64,000 nucleotides of DNA from Candidatus Saccharimonadia bacterium (GCA_963717365.1 OY970327.1:991752-1055751); one strand, 5' to 3'; shown: positions 37,366 through 45,621, numbered from the stretch's first letter. Notes: generated from the sequence alone by a model not told the origin. Program-made: numbers and translations.

Positions 37366-38811
37366 ATGAAGGTGCATATCTCTTGGCTGATTGGCTGGGG
37401 CTGCTTGGGTTTTTTGGGCGGAGTAGGTCTGTGCGCCCTGATTAATGCATCATCATTTACAAACCCTATCTGGCTTATCGGCTCAATTATATTCATTGCC
37501 CTGACCATGGTATTTAGGTATCGCTGGTTAATTATACTGGTAGTCTCCGCCGGATGTGTGGCTGGCCTGTGGCGCGGCAGCATACTGCAGTCCGATCTTA
37601 GCGCCTACCAGCCATATTATGGAGCAGTTGTTAAGTTGAGTGGCCGGGTAGCACAAGACGCTTCGCTGGGCTCACAGGGCGATCTCCGGGTGAGTCTTAA
37701 GAATGTATCCATAGCCGGCTCGCCGCTAAAAGGACAAGCCTGGGTAAGTCTGCCAAAGGTAGATGTTAAACGCGGCGACATAATTACCGTTTCTGGCAAG
37801 CTTGGAGAAGGTTTTGGCAGTACCTCGGCTACTATCTACCGAGCAGAGATTATTGAAATTGTGCGTCCAAACCCAGGCGATGTTGCTCGCCGGGTCCGAG
37901 ACTGGTTTGGGGCTGGAGTACGGGCTACGGTGCCGGATCCGCAGGCTAGTTTAGGCCTAGGTTACTTGGTGGGTCAGAAAACTGCCTTGCCAAAGGATTT
38001 AGAAGAAGATATTAAAGCGGTGGGGCTGACACATGTGGTCGTTGCCAGTGGCTACAACCTAACGATACTGGTAGTCTTTTGTCGCCGGCTATTTTTAATG
38101 ATATCTAAGTATATCGCCACAGTTATGAGTACCTTGATGGTATTAGCGTTTATGTTGGTGACAGGCTTTAGCCCATCAATGTCTCGCGCCGGGCTGGTAG
38201 CACTGCTAGGCTTGTTGGTTTGGTACTACGGCCGAACGATACATCCGTTTGTTCTATTGTCATTCGCGGCCGCCCTGACAGTTGGTCTACAGCCATCCTA
38301 TATCTGGGGCGACCTTGGCTGGTATCTCTCATTCACGGCTTTTATTGGAGTTATTGTGTTATCACCGCTAATTCACCACTATTTTTGGGGTACCGCTAAG
38401 CGTCCTGGCATGCTCCGAGAGTTATTCATTAGTACGCTGGCCGCTCAAATTGTGACCACACCGCTAATATTAATGTCCTTTGGCCTATTTTCGGTCTATG
38501 CGCTGTTGGCTAATATCTTAGTTTTGCCACTCGTACCATTAGCCATGCTCTGTACATTTTTTGCCGGAATAGCCGGTCTCATCGCGCCGGGCTTTATTGG
38601 ATTTCTGGCATTTCCGGCTACAGTAATCCTGACTTATTCCACAACAGTCATTCAGTACGTTGCAAATCTGCCGAACGCACAAACCGAGCTCATATTTAAT
38701 CCTCCGTTAATGATCGCCAGTTACATTGGGTTAGGCGTAGCAATTACATATTTAAAAAGGAGAACCAACCATGACTTTCGCGACCCTAATTCTACAAATG
38801 AGACGTACTAG
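37366..38811 (+). CDS. comEC: ComEC/Rec2 DNA-uptake channel, no C-terminal metallo-beta-lactamase domain
   Basis: 481 aa. DUF4131-like N-terminus (VVKLSGRVAQD...GDIITVSGKL) and competence domain (LGLGYLVGQKTALPKDLEEDIKAVGLTHVVVASGYNL). The protein ends after the last TM helices. Confidence 0.85.
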   Translation: MKVHISWLIGWGCLGFLGGVGLCALINASSFTNPIWLIGSIIFIALTMVFRYRWLIILVVSAGCVAGLWRGSILQSDLSAYQPYYGAVVKLSGRVAQDASLGSQGDLRVSLKNVSIAGSPLKGQAWVSLPKVDVKRGDIITVSGKLGEGFGSTSATIYRAEIIEIVRPNPGDVARRVRDWFGAGVRATVPDPQASLGLGYLVGQKTALPKDLEEDIKAVGLTHVVVASGYNLTILVVFCRRLFLMISKYIATVMSTLMVLAFMLVTGFSPSMSRAGLVALLGLLVWYYGRTIHPFVLLSFAAALTVGLQPSYIWGDLGWYLSFTAFIGVIVLSPLIHHYFWGTAKRPGMLRELFISTLAAQIVTTPLILMSFGLFSVYALLANILVLPLVPLAMLCTFFAGIAGLIAPGFIGFLAFPATVILTYSTTVIQYVANLPNAQTELIFNPPLMIASYIGLGVAITYLKRRTNHDFRDPNSTNETY

Positions 38812-40318
38812 TTTAGTAATACTCGCAAGTCTATTACTAATGCCGGGGTCCAGCCAAGCCCTATCAGCGCTAGGTGATACTCTTTCTGCTGCCGTAGTTA
38901 TATACCAGATGCAAACTGGTGCTCCTGCGTCAGCATCTCAGGAATATATAGCCCTTTACAACAATACCGATGCTCCAGTTGATATAACCAACTGGTGTGT
39001 AGTCTATGCTAGCTCCAGTGATATTACCCAGACTCAGCTTAGCTGCGCGAAGCCGTCATCTGATCCGGCCGCACGGATATTCTTAAAACCATACAGTGCG
39101 TGGCTGCTGGCTACGTCGGAGTTTGCCTTGACCCATCCGGCATTTACGCCAGACAGTACGTTTAATGGTGGGTTGGCATCGACGTCAGGGCACATTAAGC
39201 TGCTCGATGCCGGTCAAAAACTTGTTGATTCAGTTGGCTGGGGTTCGGCCATACACCCAGAAGGTTCAGTCGCTATTGCTCCGGCCAGTGGCAAGTTACT
39301 GCAACGGCACGGGCAAATCCCAGAAACGCTCCAGGATTTAAACAATAACGCCGTCGATTTTTATCAAACTGAATTAGTGTTTCCAGTTGGCGGGAATACC
39401 TACGAAGAGATACTATTGCCAGAAACGTGTTCCGCAAATGATAGTACTTGTGCGAGCAATTTGAATTCAAGATTAGTACTGTCAGAACTCCTGCCAGATG
39501 CAACCGGTGCGGATGCTGGCCAGGAGTTCATTGAGCTCTATAACCCCACTGATTCAGCAGTATCGTCGTCAGGTTATTCGCTGCAATTGGGTCCTAGTTT
39601 TGCAAAAAACTATCCTCTACCAGATAGTCTAATTGAAGCTAAGAGCTACCGAGCATTTAGTGATGTTGAAACTGGTCTGACGCTCCCAAATACCAGCGCA
39701 TCTCTCAGACTGGTGGCTCCGGACGGCATTACGTCGAGCGAGACTACCTATAGCGAACTTGAGGAAGCCACCAGCATTGCATACGTTAATGGCAGCTGGC
39801 AGCAAACCTATCAACCAACGCCAGGTACTGAAAATACTTTGGTTGCCGTAAAACCATGTCCAGAAAATCAGACTCGTAATCCAGACAGTGGTCAATGTAA
39901 ACAGAATACCCTCACAGCTAGTCTAGCCGCGTGTAATGAAGGTCAGGTTCGTAATATTGAAACGGGTCGCTGTCGCAATATCGTAAGTACTGTTGCCGCC
40001 ACAGCATGCAAAGCAGGTCAGCAAAAGAACCCGGCCACGAATCGATGCATCAATATTCCGACCGTCGCGGAGACAAAAGCCTGTCCAGCCGGGCAAGAAC
40101 GCAACCCAGAAACTGGCCGCTGCAAAAAGATTTCGGCTATTACCGCATCAGGCAGTAACAGCGTTAAAGATGTCCCCGGTTCACTTATTGGCAGTAGCAA
40201 AACTTGGCTATTGGTTGGCGTAGCAGCGGCAGGAACCATTGGCTACGCGCTATATGAATGGCGTCAGGAGATATTTGGTTTTACGATCTCTCTAAAAAAC
40301 AAACTGGTTCCTAGCTAA
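38771..40318 (+). CDS. Surface protein with two lamin-tail domains, four Cys-loop repeats and a C-terminal TM anchor
   Basis: LTD signatures QEYIALYNNTDAPVDITNW and QEFIELYNPTDSAVSSSGY. The C-terminal helix is WLLVGVAAAGTIGYALY. Overlaps comEC by 41 nt. Confidence 0.75.
   Translation: MTFATLILQMRRTSLVILASLLLMPGSSQALSALGDTLSAAVVIYQMQTGAPASASQEYIALYNNTDAPVDITNWCVVYASSSDITQTQLSCAKPSSDPAARIFLKPYSAWLLATSEFALTHPAFTPDSTFNGGLASTSGHIKLLDAGQKLVDSVGWGSAIHPEGSVAIAPASGKLLQRHGQIPETLQDLNNNAVDFYQTELVFPVGGNTYEEILLPETCSANDSTCASNLNSRLVLSELLPDATGADAGQEFIELYNPTDSAVSSSGYSLQLGPSFAKNYPLPDSLIEAKSYRAFSDVETGLTLPNTSASLRLVAPDGITSSETTYSELEEATSIAYVNGSWQQTYQPTPGTENTLVAVKPCPENQTRNPDSGQCKQNTLTASLAACNEGQVRNIETGRCRNIVSTVAATACKAGQQKNPATNRCINIPTVAETKACPAGQERNPETGRCKKISAITASGSNSVKDVPGSLIGSSKTWLLVGVAAAGTIGYALYEWRQEIFGFTISLKNKLVPS
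39857..40126 (+). repeat. Four tandem 25-aa coding repeats (15-aa Cys loop + 10-aa linker)
   Basis: CPENQTRNPDSGQCK, CNEGQVRNIETGRCR, CKAGQQKNPATNRCI and CPAGQERNPETGRCK, each followed by a linker of about 10 aa. Confidence 0.85.
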
Positions 40319-40333
40319 TTGGTTCTTAATGCT

Positions 40334-40363
40334 TTAGACATATATTTTGCTAACGGTTATAAT
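40334..40363 (+). promoter_or_regulatory. Sigma70-like promoter, leaderless-type spacing to ATG 40373
   Basis: TTAGAC (40334-40339), an 18-nt spacer, then TATAAT (40358-40363). The ATG lies 9 nt downstream. Confidence 0.45.
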
Positions 40364-40372
40364 ATAAACGAA

Positions 40373-40744
40373 ATGAGAAAGGGAAAACAAACAGCTCAAA
40401 TGGATGCCGCACCCCCGGATACTGCTCCGGTCACTGAATCGTATGATGGCGCAGAAGGCATCCGCCAACAACAAGTTGAAAGAGCAGCAGAAGGCATAGC
40501 CGCAATATCACTATTTGCACGTCACGGAGATACGGTTGTGAATATGAGAGGAGTAAGCGGCAAGTTGAAAGATATAGCCAAGTTTTGCCCTAGGGATCTG
40601 AGTGAGGAGCCACCAGAAAAAGTACATAACTGGACCGTAAATATTTTAACGGAATCAGGACACGAATTAAGTGAGGAAGAAAAAATTTTTACTGCACAGC
40701 CAAAGCCTATGGATAATTCCGAAAACGACGAAAAAAAAAATTAG
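40373..40744 (+). CDS. Hypothetical protein; upstream segment of a probable frameshift-joined gene
   Basis: 123 aa from ATG 40373 (the track start 40319 is TTG and overlaps the promoter). It ends ENDEKKN* immediately after the A10 run at 40731-40740. Confidence 0.45.
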   Translation: MRKGKQTAQMDAAPPDTAPVTESYDGAEGIRQQQVERAAEGIAAISLFARHGDTVVNMRGVSGKLKDIAKFCPRDLSEEPPEKVHNWTVNILTESGHELSEEEKIFTAQPKPMDNSENDEKKN

Positions 40745-40917
40745 AAAAACCACCAGAAACTCAAAATTTACAGCAATCTAAAAAACCTGCAAAGACTGAA
40801 ACCAAAGCTTTAATCGCAGAAAAAGCAGCCCAGACTTCTAAAGAAAATCGCTCTAAGCCAATTGCCATAAATCAAGATAGATTAAAACAGGAGCAGCCAC
40901 CTAAGCCCATCAAAGAA

Positions 40918-41838
40918 TTGCGTCATGTTGAGCCAGCAGCCTACTTTGTAAAAGAACAGGCTAAATCGTCGCTGTCTAAAAATACAATAGTGTCAAAAAA
41001 AGAGACTCCGAAAGAAATTAAAAAAAGTCCTGGCTTAGTTATCGAGTACAAGCAAACAGTTGTTCTTAAACCGTACATGACCAATATTCATGAGAATACA
41101 CTACACAGTACCTCAGCTAATTTGATCGCAGAGCCTGTGATAATCGAGTTACCACGCGCGCAGGAGACAACAATAGTGACAGTTCTAAACACACCGGCGA
41201 TAGAAGTAGAACAATCCGAGCGTGAACCTACGATCCCAGAGGATGAAATTATTACTGAAGCCACTGAGACTGATATTCGAACGATGATCCATACAGTACA
41301 AGATAAAATTGCAGAGCTTGATCCGATAGCAACAGAATTAATAGAGCGATTGATAGAAGAGATAGCGACGATATTAGCAGGATATGATGCAACTAATCTA
41401 CTTGCTGAAACTGACAAAAATGATGTAGATACTGTGGAGAACGAAATAGTAACTATAAATGAGCTTGCCAAAGAAGTAGGCGTTATCGCCCCAAAAGATC
41501 CAATAGAAGTATTGGTAGGAGTCCTAATAATGCATACGACTACCGCTGAAGATTTAGAAGAACTCGGATCAAGTGATACGGAACAGAAATTAATAGTAGC
41601 CATCACCCAGATAGCTGAATTGTTAGATATGAAGATAGACTCGCCACAGATAAGAAGGCTGGCGTCCAAATTGATTGAGTCCAAAGAAGTCCGGGGTATG
41701 CTTATTCAAGAATCTCAAGAAGATCGTGGCACGCATGAGGTACTGCAGCATTTTGGCACTGTCCTGAGGGGCGTAGAGGATATTTTAGAGCCCGTGCACG
41801 CGTTATTAGGCCGAATAGTTTTAGCCACGCACATGTAA
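40918..41838 (+). CDS. Acidic hypothetical protein; downstream segment (frame open from 40717, no convincing own start)
   Basis: The track start is TTG 40918 without an SD. The same frame is open back to 40717 and overlaps the A10 run, so a -1 shift from the upstream ORF would read through. Confidence 0.45.
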   Translation: MRHVEPAAYFVKEQAKSSLSKNTIVSKKETPKEIKKSPGLVIEYKQTVVLKPYMTNIHENTLHSTSANLIAEPVIIELPRAQETTIVTVLNTPAIEVEQSEREPTIPEDEIITEATETDIRTMIHTVQDKIAELDPIATELIERLIEEIATILAGYDATNLLAETDKNDVDTVENEIVTINELAKEVGVIAPKDPIEVLVGVLIMHTTTAEDLEELGSSDTEQKLIVAITQIAELLDMKIDSPQIRRLASKLIESKEVRGMLIQESQEDRGTHEVLQHFGTVLRGVEDILEPVHALLGRIVLATHM

Positions 41839-41867
41839 CAGTCGTCGCTTCCAAGAGCGGCGTAGGG

Positions 41868-42242
41868 CTATTCCTTTGTTTTTAGTAATTCCTTGACGGC
41901 TTTTACTAGTTGGGCGGGAGCAGCACCGGCTTTGAGCATGTATTTGCTAGCGCCCAGCTTTTTAATTCGATCACGGGTTTTTGCGTCGGATAAATTACTC
42001 AGTACCAACACTTTCACGTTCGGATAATTTTTCTTCATATCAACAGTCTCTAGGAATTCAATACCTCCCATAACTGGCATAAGTACATCTAATAGAATTA
42101 GGTCTGGCTTAATGACACCCAACTGTTTAATAGCTGCTTTGCCGTTAGCAGCTTGATAGACGGTAAATTTCTCTAGAGTGAACAGCATAACATATACATC
42201 CCGCAGGGCTGTTTCATCTTCAACAATTAATATTTTTTTCAT
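41868..42242 (-). CDS. Single-domain response regulator (CheY-like receiver only)
   Basis: 124 aa. KILIVEDE, phospho-acceptor context DLILLDVLMPVMGG, and a late K in KYMLKAG. No output domain. Confidence 0.85.
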   Translation of the reverse strand: MKKILIVEDETALRDVYVMLFTLEKFTVYQAANGKAAIKQLGVIKPDLILLDVLMPVMGGIEFLETVDMKKNYPNVKVLVLSNLSDAKTRDRIKKLGASKYMLKAGAAPAQLVKAVKELLKTKE

Positions 42243-42259
42243 AACAGGTAATTATTCCC

Positions 42260-43384
42260 TTATGGATTGTTCATAGGGATTGTAACAGTAAATGTGGTGC
42301 CCTTGTTTAATTTTGAGCTAATTGTAATAGTGCCACCATGTAAATCTAGTAGTTTTTTTGCCCAGTATAAACCCAAGCCAGTACCACTGGCGGAAGATTG
42401 CGGGTTATGGATACGCGAAAACTTTTGGAATAAACGGGGAATATCCCGCTCGGCAATACCAATTCCCTGATCTGCAACGGTGATAATTAAATGATCAGTA
42501 GCGCCGCTTACAGAGACAGTTACTTTACTCTTGTCTGGACTATACTTAAGAGCATTGCTGAGTAAGTTCTCAAAGACCATGCGCATGTGCAACGGATCAA
42601 CTGTACAGAGCACCGAAGACTCCTCTGAATTACATGAAAGTGTTAAGCCCCGCTCTTTATATTTTGCTGTATGACTAGCAACAATATCACTGAGAAGTTC
42701 TACGAAATCAATTTCTTTGCGGACCGCGATAATTTTATTGGCATCGGCTTGGGCTACCTTGAGTAGATCATTAATAATATGTAATTGCGTGTCGTTATAG
42801 GTGTAGGCTTTCTGTAGCATTTCAGACTGCTCTTTAGTTAATCTTCCAACATAGCCTTCTATTAGCATGCCCATATACTGTTTAACGACTGTAGCTGGTG
42901 TACGCAACTGATGGGACGCGATTGAAATAAATTCGTCCTTAGCATTTTCTAGCTCAACTTCTTTGGTAATATCACGGAAGACCTCAATAGTACCGAAGGG
43001 CTCACCGTTAAGAATTAAGGGGGAAACAGTCAACGCTACTGGAATTCTATCGCCGTCTTTTTTTCGGTAATAAAGTCGTTCAAATACTGGCTTACCACTC
43101 AGAATTGCCTCGGTAATAGGTCGGTCAATATTTGATATTACACGGCCAGTTTCATCCTCTGCCACAATAGTTTCCGGATACCATTTTCCGACTACCTCTT
43201 TTGCCTTAAAGCCGAGGATGTCGAGTGCAACCGTGTTGATTCGGGCTATATTACCTCGTTCGTCGGTTGTTATAGCACCCTCACCGATGCTAAAAAAAAG
43301 TGCGTCTGCCTCAGCATTTCTAAGTCTTAATGATTGAGAGTCAACATCAGCCGGCAATTTCTGTGAAGTTCTTGCCCGGGCCAT
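42260..43384 (-). CDS. Soluble PAS-domain sensor histidine kinase
   Basis: PAS (FFSIGEGAITTDERGNI...), H-box FISIASHQLRTP, N-box NALKYS, G-boxes DQGIGI and GTGLGL. No TM segment. Confidence 0.85.
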   Translation of the reverse strand: MARARTSQKLPADVDSQSLRLRNAEADALFFSIGEGAITTDERGNIARINTVALDILGFKAKEVVGKWYPETIVAEDETGRVISNIDRPITEAILSGKPVFERLYYRKKDGDRIPVALTVSPLILNGEPFGTIEVFRDITKEVELENAKDEFISIASHQLRTPATVVKQYMGMLIEGYVGRLTKEQSEMLQKAYTYNDTQLHIINDLLKVAQADANKIIAVRKEIDFVELLSDIVASHTAKYKERGLTLSCNSEESSVLCTVDPLHMRMVFENLLSNALKYSPDKSKVTVSVSGATDHLIITVADQGIGIAERDIPRLFQKFSRIHNPQSSASGTGLGLYWAKKLLDLHGGTITISSKLNKGTTFTVTIPMNNP

Positions 43385-43387
43385 GAG

Positions 43388-43651
43388 TTACTTAATCTTT
43401 GTGGATGATAATGATAGTAAATCATTCGTAAAAGCTTCAACGTCCCGTGAATCACTAGTGAGCATAGCAAACGCCAAACTTGACCAGTTGACTAGTTTGG
43501 GTAGGTTGCTTTTGGTCAGGGATTCAGGATCAATTCCAAGATGCATTGTAATTTGCCGCCGCATGAAACGCTCTCCTGCCGGGCCCAGATAATCTTCGCA
43601 TACTCGCACGGCTTCGTCATAGAAAGTAGCAGGCTTAATCTGAGCGGACAT
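43388..43651 (-). CDS. Small hypothetical protein within the two-component operon
   Basis: 87 aa from ATG 43651 (MSAQIKPATFYDEAV), which starts 5 nt after the upstream stop. The track start 43708 would overlap the upstream gene. Confidence 0.45.
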   Translation of the reverse strand: MSAQIKPATFYDEAVRVCEDYLGPAGERFMRRQITMHLGIDPESLTKSNLPKLVNWSSLAFAMLTSDSRDVEAFTNDLLSLSSTKIK

Positions 43652-43655
43652 CCGA

Positions 43656-44639
43656 CTAAGCCTCTTCAATCTGTTTAAGTTTTTTCGCGCCACGAGCGAC
43701 CAGACCATAGCCTAAAGCAAACAGTGCGACTAAGAGGTACAGAATCAGCAAGAGTGGTCCCAGGTCGAGCCGGTTAAGCTGGGCAGATAGTGTAGTAATG
43801 AGCTGCACGAGAATGGACAAACCTATAATGACGCAAATGCCCTTTGCTAAATAATCGATTGCTCGTTTGTAGAGCAATCCCTTAACGGTACCTTTATACA
43901 TATTAAGCTTATAGGCAGCCTGGATTCCTCGACACCAGATATAAACGTAAGGGACAGCCAGTGTTAGAATAACGAGCCAATTTGGTAAATGGTAGCTTAT
44001 TTGGGAAGCTGTTTCATGCGGCTGTGACGTAATAAGCCAAGTGAATACACTTGCTAAGATAATTGGTCCCAATAAGCTGAGTATTGGCCGGTGGAACACT
44101 GATTGCCGTTTGAGTGTATCTACCAAGCCCTGCGCACCAAGCGATATGTAGGTAAACGCTATTAAGGGAAACAGCAGGCTAATGTAACTGCGGAAGATGC
44201 TAGCAGTGGACATCCATTGACTTTGATCAAATTGAATATAGTTCGTCAGAGAACCTATTATTGAGCTAATTGGTAAACCAAATGCCAATACTGCCAGGCC
44301 GATTGAGAGCTGTTTTAAGGGCCGTCCTTCTTTGCTATCTTCTACGCTTTTAGCATACGTTCGAAATCTCAAGAATCCATAGAGGGCGGTAAAGTAAACA
44401 ACTACAATCGGAGCAATAATGGTTAGGTTAAGTAGCCTTGCCTGATTTTGGGATATTTCATAGCGCTTTAATATTTCTGGATCGCTTGGCAGGCCAAATG
44501 CTAGCCCAATATAAATCACTATTAGTGACGTGAATGCCCAAAAGTATCTGTTTTTCATATCCTGCCTTTTACTGTTAGTTCTGAGGAATTTATATTTAAA
44601 ATTATATACTTCTTTTACTGCGGGCCAAATGCTGAGCAT
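43656..44639 (-). CDS. Polytopic membrane protein (about 8 TM helices), first gene of the two-component operon
   Basis: 327 aa with repeated hydrophobic segments. No family recognised. Alternative start at ATG 44558. Confidence 0.55.
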   Translation of the reverse strand: MLSIWPAVKEVYNFKYKFLRTNSKRQDMKNRYFWAFTSLIVIYIGLAFGLPSDPEILKRYEISQNQARLLNLTIIAPIVVVYFTALYGFLRFRTYAKSVEDSKEGRPLKQLSIGLAVLAFGLPISSIIGSLTNYIQFDQSQWMSTASIFRSYISLLFPLIAFTYISLGAQGLVDTLKRQSVFHRPILSLLGPIILASVFTWLITSQPHETASQISYHLPNWLVILTLAVPYVYIWCRGIQAAYKLNMYKGTVKGLLYKRAIDYLAKGICVIIGLSILVQLITTLSAQLNRLDLGPLLLILYLLVALFALGYGLVARGAKKLKQIEEA

Positions 44640-44780
44640 TGTTATATTTTTAACAGATATAAATAATGTCGAAAGTGAAATTTAATACAGAGTATTTTCA
44701 AAAATTCTTATTGCAAACATTAATATTAAAACTTACAACAAAATAAACAGATTAATAATTCTAGATTCTGTGGCATATAC

Positions 44781-44808
44781 TTGACATATTTATTGAGTTT
44801 AGTATGAT
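44781..44808 (+). promoter_or_regulatory. Sigma70-like promoter upstream of the rpf-like gene
   Basis: TTGACA (44781-44786), a 16-nt spacer, then TATGAT (44803-44808). This leaves a leader of about 130 nt containing the hairpin TTGTGTTT/AAACACAA (44815-44848). Confidence 0.5.
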
Positions 44809-44943
44809 TAAAGCTTGTGTTTTTTCTATGTGAGGTGGAGAAACACAAATAAACCCAGCATTTGTATCCAAAAACAATTCAGAAATTTAATCCCAGTTTA
44901 ATTATTGGAGGATACTGTTATTGCTTGGGGTAGGAGGTACTAA

Positions 44944-45564
44944 ATGCGGTTACACGCACTCATAGCGGCGCTTTCAGTCGTGACAATTTTTGTTGCACTT
45001 GATAGTCAGTCAGCGCACGCGCAAACACAAAATGAAACACCAAAACCCGCCACAATGGTGGCGGTGAATCCAGGCGACAGCCTAACTAAAATTGCGGCGG
45101 CTCACGGCACGACGTATGTACGTCTGTACGATGCTAACGTGCAAATTGAGCATCCGGATATTATTCATCCGGGGACTAATCTGCGCGTACCAACCGCCGA
45201 GGAAGTTCTGCCGAGTAGGCCGTTGCCATCCCCGCCTGTTGCTGCACAACCAGCCCAGCGTAACGCAACTGCTCAACCAAAGGCTCAGCGTCAGGCAGCA
45301 GCTCCAACATCAACCGGAAGCGTAGATGGCGGAGTTTGGGATCGGCTCGCCCAGTGTGAGTCTGGGGGGAACTGGTCTATCAATACTGGTAATGGCTACT
45401 CGGGCGGATTACAGTTTTCTCAATCTAGTTGGCGTGGAGTTGGCGGCAGCGGCTTAGCTAGTCAGGCTAGTAAAGCTGAGCAAATTGCTCGTGCTGAAAT
45501 GCTCAAAGCCCGACAAGGCTGGGGTGCATGGCCAGCTTGTACGGCCAAACTTGGGATTCGCTAA
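44944..45564 (+). CDS. rpf: Secreted LysM + resuscitation-promoting-factor (Rpf) transglycosylase-like protein
   Basis: Signal peptide ending AHAQ. LysM VAVNPGDSLTKIAAAHGTTYVRLYDAN...GTNLRVP. Rpf core WDRLAQCESGGNWSINTGNGYSGGLQFSQSSW...GWGAWPAC. Confidence 0.85.
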   Translation: MRLHALIAALSVVTIFVALDSQSAHAQTQNETPKPATMVAVNPGDSLTKIAAAHGTTYVRLYDANVQIEHPDIIHPGTNLRVPTAEEVLPSRPLPSPPVAAQPAQRNATAQPKAQRQAAAPTSTGSVDGGVWDRLAQCESGGNWSINTGNGYSGGLQFSQSSWRGVGGSGLASQASKAEQIARAEMLKARQGWGAWPACTAKLGIR

Positions 45565-45587
45565 CAGCAAGGGTAATTGCCAAAAAT

Positions 45588-45621
45588 GGGGTCCAGTTTA
45601 AAGCTGCTGGCCCCGTTGTTT
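45588..45621 (+). terminator. Probable terminator after rpf
   Basis: GGGG(t)CCAG-tttaaagctg-CTGGCCCC followed by gttgttt. Confidence 0.45.

Noticed and set aside
13077-40126. CRISPR array
   Set aside because: The only regular repeats (13077-13139 and 39857-40126) are in-frame coding repeats. No repeat-spacer architecture or cas gene is seen anywhere in the window.
41088-41684. 198-aa minus-strand ORF
   Set aside because: It is the antisense shadow of the acidic 40918..41838 frame, with a Ser/Ile-rich low-complexity translation.
44809-44943. c-di-AMP (ydaO-type) riboswitch upstream of the rpf-like gene
   Set aside because: I looked for the conserved GC-rich blocks I remember from ydaO RNAs (such as ...CCGACAGCTAA...-like segments). 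I found only AT-rich sequence with one simple hairpin. A covariance-model scan is needed for certainty.
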